DNA from: a virus
Taxonomy: Duplodnaviria > Heunggongvirae > Uroviricota > Caudoviricetes
Length of the DNA: 12,070 nucleotides
Reading direction: 5' to 3' (one strand)
Virus record (IMG/VR): IMGVR_UViG_3300029721_000142
Shown here: positions 6,703 through 12,070 of the stretch, piece after piece
Position numbering within the stretch: position 1 is the stretch's first letter
How the letters are laid out: each line of letters opens with the position of its first letter
The notes under the pieces: model-generated
The model's input: only the letters and a program-made list of their open reading frames with translations
The model's database searches: none
What the model was told of the DNA's origin: nothing
Translations under genes and position numbers: made by a program

Positions 6703-6779
6703 GCATATGAGGTTTTTTGGTGCACTGACACACATGATCGGGATAATCATTTCATAATTTGCAACGCAACTCAATTTCA

Positions 6780-6830
6780 TTGCACAAAATGCAATCATGA
6801 TTATAATCATAACTGGATGAACATCCAGTT
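6780..6830 (+). promoter_or_regulatory. Late-operon promoter (TTGCAC, 16-nt spacer, consensus TATAAT) embedded in two perfect palindromes
   Basis: Seen directly: -35 TTGCAC (6780-6785); -10 TATAAT (6802-6807); 14-bp palindrome ATGATTATAATCAT (6797-6810) covering the -10; palindrome AACTGGATG-aa-CATCCAGTT (6811-6830) covering the predicted +1. RBS aagagga precedes the ATG at 6864. Confidence 0.55.
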
Positions 6831-6863
6831 ATGATTTTTTAAGTCAAAGAGGAATTTCTTACT

Positions 6864-7070
6864 ATGGCTGAAGAGAAAAAAGGCGGTGTTTCGGTGTACA
6901 TAAGCCCCGACATCGTGAAGGCGCTCAAGGAACGCCACCAGCAGAACGTAAAAGCAGGCATTGCGGCAGGACTTGATCCGCTGGCGATGGTTGAGCCGTC
7001 AACAGGCTGGCAGGTACGCGCCTATTTACGCGCGGCGCTGGGTATGAATCAGGTTCACGGGGGTGAATAA
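6864..7070 (+). CDS. Hypothetical protein (68 aa), first gene of the late/capsid operon
   Basis: ORF with a good RBS. Its stop overlaps the capsid gene start (TAATG), implying translational coupling. Function unknown; a scaffold or size-determination role is speculation. Confidence 0.6.
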   Translation: MAEEKKGGVSVYISPDIVKALKERHQQNVKAGIAAGLDPLAMVEPSTGWQVRAYLRAALGMNQVHGGE

Positions 7071-8125
7071 TGACAGTAAAAGCAATGGCACTTAACACTA
7101 ACCAGCTTTTTGCGTACCTGAATCGCGGGGATATTGCGGAATTTAAATTCAGTCCGCTGTTTACCACGCTGTTTTTCCCGAACGTGGCGACATTCAGCAC
7201 GCAAAACATCATGCTGGATACCCTGGACATTGAAGAAGTCACCATGTCGGCGTTTTGTTCGCCTATGGTGGGTAGCCAGGTTCAGCGCGATAAAGGGTAC
7301 GAAACCAGCACGATTAAACCTGGCTACATGAAGCCAAAGCACGAAATCGATCCAACGAAAACCATCATGCGCATGGCTGGAGAAGATCCGGCACAGCTTA
7401 ACGACCCTACCTATCGCCGTATGCGCCTGATTACTGGCAATATGCGCCGCCAGATAAACGCCATAAAAGCGCGCGTGGAATGGCTGGCGGTAAATGCGGT
7501 AACGACCGGAAAAAACATCATTGAAGGCGAAGGCATAGAGCGCTATGAAATCGACTGGAAGATACCGGAAAAAAACATCATAGAGCAGGCCGACGGGAAA
7601 AAATGGTCAGAGCAGGACAAAGAAACCCACGATCCAATCTATGATATCGAACTATACGCCGATCAGGCTGGTTGCCCCGCAAACGTCATGATTATGGGCG
7701 CTGAGGTATGGCGAACGTTACGCAGCTTTAAAAAATTCCGTGAGCTGTACGATCTTTCCCGTGGTTCAGAGTCCGCCGCAGAGCTGGCCTGTAAAAACCT
7801 GGGCGAAGTGGTGAGCTTTAAAGGCTATCTGGGCGATATTGCCCTTATCGTCTATTCCGGCAAATACACTGACAGCGACGGCACAGAAAAATATTTCCTT
7901 GAGCCTGATTTGCTTGTCCTGGGCAACACCAACAATAAAGGGCTGGTGGCCTATGGTGCGATTATGGATCAGGACGCAGTAAGAACGGGCGCAACGCAAA
8001 ACATGTTTTACCCGAAAAACTGGATTGAGGACGGCGATCCGGCGATTGAGTACGTGCAGACGCACAGCGCACCGCAGCCGGTTCCGGCAGATATTCGCAA
8101 ATTTGTTACCGTCAAAATTGGTTAA
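7070..8125 (+). CDS. Major capsid protein, lambda gpE-like (HK97 fold)
   Basis: 351 aa. Blocks of recalled similarity to lambda gpE (341 aa): EFKFSPLFTTLFF vs KFKFDPLFLRLFF; KPGYMKPKHEIDP vs TPGYVKPKHEVNP; DPTYRRMRLITGNMR vs DPAYRRRRIIMQNMR; KWSEQDKETHDPIYDIELYA vs EWSKRDKSTYDPTDDIEAYA; YPKNWIEDGDPAIEY vs YPKNWVTTGDPAREF. Similar length. Confidence 0.9.
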   Translation: MTVKAMALNTNQLFAYLNRGDIAEFKFSPLFTTLFFPNVATFSTQNIMLDTLDIEEVTMSAFCSPMVGSQVQRDKGYETSTIKPGYMKPKHEIDPTKTIMRMAGEDPAQLNDPTYRRMRLITGNMRRQINAIKARVEWLAVNAVTTGKNIIEGEGIERYEIDWKIPEKNIIEQADGKKWSEQDKETHDPIYDIELYADQAGCPANVMIMGAEVWRTLRSFKKFRELYDLSRGSESAAELACKNLGEVVSFKGYLGDIALIVYSGKYTDSDGTEKYFLEPDLLVLGNTNNKGLVAYGAIMDQDAVRTGATQNMFYPKNWIEDGDPAIEYVQTHSAPQPVPADIRKFVTVKIG

Positions 8126-8136
8126 CGGGGGATTCT

Positions 8137-8472
8137 ATGGACACTCCATACATTGAGTTATTTGCAGGCAGTCAGCAGGTCGCCACGACGCTGGTACATT
8201 TTGCCGCTGATGCTGGCGTTATTCAGGAATTTACCCCGCTGATGCTGGCGGACAATGGCGAGTTTAAGCCGTGGGATGGTAAGGAATCTGGCAAGGCTGT
8301 TTATCTGACCTCGTACCCTGTGGACACGTCAAAGCAGAAATCAGCACAGTGTTACAAGACGGGGATATTCAATATTGCCGCCGTTAACTGGCCTGAGAGC
8401 GTCGACACCGATGCGAAAAAATGCGCCGCCTTTGCGGGTTCCGGCGTATCCGTTCAGCCGCTGGCCCGATAA
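8137..8472 (+). CDS. Head decoration protein, lambda gpD-like
   Basis: 111 aa vs lambda gpD 110 aa. Recalled motif similarity: TPLMLADNGEFKPWDG vs TPLMLDTSSRKLVAWDG; YKTGIF vs YKSGTF; WPE; KKCAAFAGSGVS vs KKRTAFAGTAIS. Gene order is E-like then D-like, the reverse of lambda. Confidence 0.85.
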   Translation: MDTPYIELFAGSQQVATTLVHFAADAGVIQEFTPLMLADNGEFKPWDGKESGKAVYLTSYPVDTSKQKSAQCYKTGIFNIAAVNWPESVDTDAKKCAAFAGSGVSVQPLAR

Positions 8473-8484
8473 GCAGGGGGAACG

Positions 8485-8898
8485 ATGGCAACGAATGAAA
8501 GCATCATGACGCTACCGCTGGCGAGTAAATTTAAAGCCGAAGCGCGGGCAATGGCTGACAGAGGTTTATCAACCTATGAGGCCGTATATCAACTAAACAA
8601 ACTGGAAGAGCAGGACAAGCCGCGCGCTGATGCGATTATGGCGCTTCATGAGCATAAAGACTATCAGCCGCTGTTACGTGCAATGGCAAACGTGCCATGT
8701 ATTAGCGTCGATAATGCTCGTGAAATCCTGAACATGACCATAGAGCAGGAGCGCCCAAAGGTTGCACCAGAGCTTACCGCAGCCTTTGAAAACTTTATGG
8801 ACATGCACAGCCCGCAAGCCGTATCAGCTGGCATGGCATACGATGGCAGAAACCAGGGCGATGACGGCGACATCGATCGCATACTGAAAACCATCTGA
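8485..8898 (+). CDS. Hypothetical protein (137 aa) between the decoration gene and cos
   Basis: ORF with RBS cagggggaacg, followed by a terminator. No family recognised. It occupies the position that gpFI has after gene E in lambda (positional analogy only). Confidence 0.6.
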   Translation: MATNESIMTLPLASKFKAEARAMADRGLSTYEAVYQLNKLEEQDKPRADAIMALHEHKDYQPLLRAMANVPCISVDNAREILNMTIEQERPKVAPELTAAFENFMDMHSPQAVSAGMAYDGRNQGDDGDIDRILKTI

Positions 8899-8903
8899 GA
8901 CAA

Positions 8904-8926
8904 GGCCGGAGAAATCCGGCTTTTTT
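8904..8926 (+). terminator. Rho-independent terminator (GCCGGA gaaa TCCGGC + T6)
   Basis: Seen directly. The hairpin is nearly identical to the one at 6633-6654 (loop gaaa vs gcaa). Confidence 0.65.
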
Positions 8927-8927
8927 A

Positions 8928-8992
8928 CGGGTCCTTCCTGGAATTATGGCCCGTTACGGGGCGGCGACCTCGCGGGTTTTCGCTATTTATGA
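8928..8992 (+). other. cos-like element, left copy: cosQ-like flank + cosN (GGGCGGCGACCT, 8959-8970) + 22 bp of lambda-like left-end sequence; no R-site array
   Basis: Seen directly: cgggtccttcctggaattatggcccgttacg GGGCGGCGACCT cgcgggttttcgctatttatga. The 12-mer equals the phage lambda cohesive end, and the flanks resemble the lambda right end (ACGGGTCCTTTCCGG...GTTACG) and left end (CGCGGGTTTTCGCTATTTATGA), quoted from memory. It is an inverted duplicate (63/65) of 9676-9740. Confidence 0.75.
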
Positions 8993-9059
8993 CGTTTTTC
9001 CGTGAAGGTGACACCACCACCACTTGATTAATATTTAACCATGCAGTTAAGGTAACATT

Positions 9060-9494
9060 ATGATTGATAAAGCTTGTTTTGTAAGTCAGCAGGAAATAGC
9101 TGAACATTTCAAGGTTAACAGAACCACTATTCGCGCATGGACCAAACAGGGGATGCCGTATCTTAATGCGGATCGCGGAAAGTCTGGCGGTTATCACATC
9201 GGGCATACATTGCTTTGGTCTTCAGGTAAAAGCCGTCTTGAGGCCATCAGATATCACGTAGAAACCAGTGCGCTGGAAAAAATTATGTTTGCCAGGCTGC
9301 TTTCATCTGAGCGTGACGAGTACTCCAGTGAAGAAACAGAACATCGATTTGATGAAGGTTTGCAGATTTACGGCTATTCACCGGAAGATGTGAGCAAGGC
9401 ACGAAATAAAATGGCTGGCTTTCTGGCTGGGTGGCGTCATGCCGTAAGCGTTCGCCGTGCCAGCATGGAGCAATCAGCCGATACAGAACAGTAA
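9060..9494 (+). CDS. Small terminase subunit-like protein with a Nu1-type N-terminal DNA-binding domain; candidate packaging-specificity or redirection factor
   Basis: 144 aa. N-terminus MIDKACFVSQQEIAEHFKVNRTTIRAWTKQGMPYLNADRGKSGGYHI parallels lambda Nu1 MEVNKKQLADIFGASIRTIQNWQEQGMPVLRGGGKGNEVLY (winged HTH). The C-terminal half is unlike the Nu1 region that binds gpA. The gene sits between the two cos copies. Confidence 0.8.
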   Translation: MIDKACFVSQQEIAEHFKVNRTTIRAWTKQGMPYLNADRGKSGGYHIGHTLLWSSGKSRLEAIRYHVETSALEKIMFARLLSSERDEYSSEETEHRFDEGLQIYGYSPEDVSKARNKMAGFLAGWRHAVSVRRASMEQSADTEQ

Positions 9495-9562
9495 AGCCGA
9501 TAACTTGTTAATCACTCGCAGCAATGCATGTGATTTGTGCACACTTTCGGTTAACTGGTTCG

Positions 9563-9740
9563 ATGTCCGGTTTTAGTGTCTGTTTTTTGCGCATGTCCGG
9601 TTCATGGAAAGCATGTTTTTATATTTTTCATATGGTTAACTTGCAGAGAAACCGGACATGGATCCCGAAAAATTTTCATAAATAGTGAAAACGCGCGAGG
9701 TCGCCGCCCCGTAACGGGCCATAATTCCAGGAAGGACCCG
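9563..9740 (-). other. Complete cos-like site in inverted orientation: cosQ-like flank, cosN (9698-9709), three R-type repeats ATGTCCGGTT, AT-rich bend region
   Basis: Seen directly. cosN lies on the minus strand as aggtcgccgccc. Repeat copies are at 9563-9572 and 9593-9602 (direct) and 9650-9659 (inverted, nearest cosN), with an AT-rich segment at 9611-9633 between them. This mirrors the lambda cosN-R3-I1-R2-R1 layout but with a different repeat sequence (lambda R elements contain CGTTTCC). Confidence 0.75.
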
Positions 9741-9773
9741 ACGACACCAGACTATCAGAACGATGGGGGCACA

Positions 9774-10055
9774 ATGACAGAAGCCGAAATACTGCGATTA
9801 ATCCGCCGCGTTGCCGGAATCAGCCAGCAGGCCGACGAACAGACCACGCAGCCGGACAGCGTGACCGCCGAAAATTATGTTCGTGTGGTTGCTGAGGTGA
9901 TTCGCCGTAATGGTATCCAGCTTAATGATGTGGATATGCGCAACATACGGATCCGCGTTCTTGAAATGCTGGCCTACAATCGCCGCGTGGCACTGTATCG
10001 GGAAACGGAGAAAATTACGTACCACTGGAAGAAGCCGGAGCGGTTGCGGCGGTAA
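9774..10055 (+). CDS. Hypothetical protein (93 aa), last island gene
   Basis: ATG at 9774 with RBS gatggggg 5 nt upstream. The ORF-track start at 9576 would read through the cos repeat and is rejected. No family recognised. Confidence 0.55.
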   Translation: MTEAEILRLIRRVAGISQQADEQTTQPDSVTAENYVRVVAEVIRRNGIQLNDVDMRNIRIRVLEMLAYNRRVALYRETEKITYHWKKPERLRR

Positions 10056-10057
10056 CT

Positions 10058-10217
10058 GGTTGATATTTTCGAAATTCGCCAGCGGCGAACATCGGGGAAA
10101 CCAGCCTAACCCGTTGATATTTTCGGGAACCTCAAATTGAAGAGGTCGGAAACATAACCCGTCATATTCTGGATGCTGATAATTACCACGCAGCCCATTA
10201 AGGCCTAACCCGTTGAT
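10058..10217. repeat. Degenerate direct repeats at the island/chromosome junction (GGTTGATATTTTCG; CCTAACCCGTTGATATTTTCGGG; TAACCCGTCATATT; GCCTAACCCGTTGAT)
   Basis: Seen directly at 10058-10071, 10105-10127, 10155-10168 and 10203-10217. Candidate right attachment-site arm sites; the left att is outside the window so a core direct repeat cannot be confirmed. Confidence 0.4.
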
Positions 10218-10460
10218 TCTTCCACAATCCCCCATTGGGGGAGGCTGGGCGGCCTGCTGTGGGCTTTTCCACCATTGGTGGAAAGGCGCACATCTGGATC
10301 ATCATTACGGTGATCAAGGGTATGTAAAACCCACCAGCCTGATTGACATTTAACCGGAAAAAAGCCAGGTAGCCCCGTTATGGGGATCCCCATATCGACA
10401 TTAACGCCCCTCATGAATTGGCGCGCTTCCCCCTGGAAAGATGACCCGCCTGTATATTTC

Positions 10461-10490
10461 TTGTGTCTATTTGTTCCACGTTGTTTCATA
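10461..10490. repeat. Three tandem 10-bp repeats (ttgtgtctat / ttgttccacg / ttgtttcata), the inverted counterpart of the RAACAAC array at 1256-1315
   Basis: Seen directly. The reverse complement reads tatgaaacaa / cgtggaacaa / atagacacaa, sharing GAAACAACG, GGAACAAA and GACACAA with the left array. Lies 120-150 bp downstream of the phoQ stop. Confidence 0.4.
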
Positions 10491-10609
10491 CAGTGCAACG
10501 ATCGGTGTAGTTAATGGTGTAGTCAATTTGCGATTTTTAGCACTTTTTGCAGTGCAAATCATTTAATTAAATCAATGGCTTGCCTTGATGTAGTGATAAA
10601 AGGGCATAT

Positions 10610-12070
10610 TTATTCATCTTTCGGCGCAGAATGCTGGCGACCAAAAATCACCTCCATCCGCGCACCGCCCAGCATGCTCTCTCCGGCGACGATTTTACCC
10701 TCATATTGCTCGGTGATTTCGCGGGCTACCGCCAGCCCTACACCTTGCCCAGGGCGTAAAGTATCAACCCGTTGACCACGGTCGAAAATGACCTCTCGCT
10801 TGCTTAATGGAATACCGGGGCCATCATCCTCGACCACAATATAGAGATGCTCGTCGGTTTGCCTTGCAGAAATTTCGACAAACTCGAGGCAATATTTACA
10901 GGCATTATCCAGCACGTTGCCCATCACCTCGACAAAATCGTTCTGCTCACCGACAAAGCTGATCTCTGGCGAAATATCGAGAGAGATATTGACCCCTTTG
11001 CGTTGATACACTTTGTTCAGCGCTGAGGTGAGATTGTCCAGCAGTGGGGCGACCGGATGCAGCTCGCGGCTGAGCAATGTCCCGCCGCGCATACTGGCAC
11101 GATGCAGGTAGTAGCCAATTTGCTGTGAAATGCGGCTGATTTGCTCCAGCATTACCGGCTCAGCATCACTGACGCTCATCTTTTCACTACGCAGAGAACG
11201 CAGCGTACTTTGCAGCACCGCCAGTGGCGTTTTCAGACTATGGGTCAGGTCGGTGAGCGTCGTACGGTATTTGTCGTAACGTTCGCGTTCACTTTTTAAC
11301 AATCGGTTCAGGTTTCGTACCAGACTGGTCAGTTCTCGCGTTGTGGCTGGATTGAGCAATTCGCGGTTATGTTCTTCCAGTTCGCGGACTTCTTTTGCCA
11401 GGGCTTCGATGGGGCGTAAACTCCACCAGGCGGCGACCCACAGCAGCGGGATCACTAACAGCAGATTGGCTGAGAGCACATAGATAAACCAGCTCCAGAC
11501 CATATAGGAACTTTTTAGCTCCACCGGAATGGTATCCACCACCACAATGGTTAATTTTGGCATCCGCGATGTTGCCGGGTAGACGTTTACTGCCACCGAG
11601 TGGGTCATCTCCGCGTCGTCATCATCTTCCCGCACTTCCTGCAACTGTTGCTGTATCGAATGATCTCCACTCAGCAAGAGGCTGGTATCGTTAACATCCG
11701 CTTCAATTTCATGAAAACCATTCGATTTCAGCCAGTCAGGCTGGATCATCTTCATCAGCCAGGGCACGTCACGTTGCGCCCATAAAAGCTGCCCGTTCTC
11801 ATCATAAATTAGCGTCATGGTGGGGCTTTGCTTGTCGATATTTTCGGGTAACTCGACATGCAACTTATTGTTTTCCCACTTCGCAAGGGTATAGAACAGA
11901 TTGCTCTCGCCACGTAACAGCCGAAACGTAGTTTTATCGAAACTGACGCTATAACCGATCAGCGCGACCATTCCGTAGGCAAGCGAAAGCACCAGTACTA
12001 CCGCTGCCGTTGCCAACAGAAAACGTACCCGCAGCGAGAGCGGGAAAAAAAGACGCAGTAATTTTTTCAT
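10610..12070 (-). CDS. phoQ: Sensor histidine kinase PhoQ (PhoP/PhoQ two-component system)
   Basis: 486-aa ORF spanning to the window edge. Two transmembrane segments flank a periplasmic sensor domain with the acidic patch EDDDDAE, followed by HAMP, the phosphoacceptor His box ([12 protein letters not shown]) and an ATPase domain with G boxes (DDGPGI, GQGVGL). Sequence matches E. coli PhoQ as I recall it. Confidence 0.97.
   Translation of the reverse strand: MKKLLRLFFPLSLRVRFLLATAAVVLVLSLAYGMVALIGYSVSFDKTTFRLLRGESNLFYTLAKWENNKLHVELPENIDKQSPTMTLIYDENGQLLWAQRDVPWLMKMIQPDWLKSNGFHEIEADVNDTSLLLSGDHSIQQQLQEVREDDDDAEMTHSVAVNVYPATSRMPKLTIVVVDTIPVELKSSYMVWSWFIYVLSANLLLVIPLLWVAAWWSLRPIEALAKEVRELEEHNRELLNPATTRELTSLVRNLNRLLKSERERYDKYRTTLTDLTHSLKTPLAVLQSTLRSLRSEKMSVSDAEPVMLEQISRISQQIGYYLHRASMRGGTLLSRELHPVAPLLDNLTSALNKVYQRKGVNISLDISPEISFVGEQNDFVEVMGNVLDNACKYCLEFVEISARQTDEHLYIVVEDDGPGIPLSKREVIFDRGQRVDTLRPGQGVGLAVAREITEQYEGKIVAGESMLGGARMEVIFGRQHSAPKDE

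Noticed and set aside
6238-6733. ORFs 6238..6471 (minus), 6476..6733 (minus), 6495..6710 (plus), and the long 6241 start of the PerC-like ORF
   Set aside because: Overlap ssb or the PerC-like gene in other frames or run through the terminators. The 6241 start would overlap ssb by 110 nt, whereas the ATG at 6361 has an RBS and follows the ssb stop.
6925-8065. Minus-strand and alternative-frame ORFs within the capsid operon (6925..7245, 7055..7342, 7134..7331, 7766..8065)
   Set aside because: All lie inside or antisense to the gpE-like capsid gene, whose identity is strongly supported.
8664-9206. Minus-strand ORFs 8664..8903 and 8925..9206
   Set aside because: The first is antisense to the 137-aa gene. 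The second reads through the left cos repeat (its C-terminus is simply the translation of the repeat) and is antisense to the TerS-like gene start.
8928-9740. Interpreting the 65-bp inverted repeats as terminal inverted repeats of a transposon or MITE
   Set aside because: The repeats contain the exact lambda cosN 12-mer with lambda-like flanks and enclose a TerS-like gene with a cosB-like array, with no transposase; a packaging-site interpretation fits far better.
9576-9773. Upstream extension of the 159-aa ORF
   Set aside because: The N-terminal 66 codons run across the cosB-like repeats and cosN. The internal ATG at 9774 has a proper RBS, so the gene is called as 9774..10055.
9798-10498. 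ORFs 9798..10235 (minus), 9910..10140 (plus), 10205..10498 (minus), and a 41-codon hydrophobic ORF at 10441..10566 (plus)
   Set aside because: Antisense to the 93-aa gene or spanning repeat- and hairpin-rich junction DNA, with odd composition and weak or absent RBSs. The 41-codon ORF is noted but unsupported.
10575-10775. 66-aa plus-strand ORF overlapping the 3' end of phoQ
   Set aside because: Antisense to the highly confident phoQ coding sequence.
1-12070. tRNA or tmRNA gene as integration target, CRISPR array, IS element
   Set aside because: No tRNA-like acceptor/T-arm signature (GTTCGA..TCC..CCA context), no regularly spaced direct repeats of CRISPR type, and no transposase ORF or terminal inverted repeats of IS type were seen. 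The att target is presumably left of the window or is non-tRNA.

Overview
This window holds a roughly 10.5-kb phage-satellite-like island (PICI/P4-type architecture) followed by the chromosomal sensor kinase gene phoQ (E. coli-type) on the minus strand. The window starts exactly at the integrase start codon and ends at the phoQ start codon, so the left attachment site is not visible. Order of modules (plus strand unless noted): P4-type integrase; six tandem 10-bp repeats; AlpA regulator; a probably truncated or chimeric ORF; a convergent minus-strand pair (59-aa ribbon-helix-helix protein and 62-aa basic protein) facing three palindromic operators; an early/replication operon (Icd-like small protein, four small unknown ORFs, RepA/AAA_25-type replication ATPase, iteron origin, 83-aa ORF, SSB, PerC-like regulator); a double terminator; a late operon behind a strong sigma70 promoter (68-aa ORF, lambda gpE-like major capsid protein, lambda gpD-like decoration protein, 137-aa ORF); and a packaging region where two inverted 65-bp copies of a lambda-type cosQ-cosN element bracket a Nu1-like small-terminase gene. 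No rRNA, tRNA or CRISPR array was seen. The most unusual content is a satellite that carries its own major capsid and decoration genes and its own TerS-like gene and cos, with no portal, protease, scaffold or large terminase between the integrase and phoQ. All calls come from reading the sequence and ORF translations; protein family assignments rest on recalled family signatures, not on any database search.
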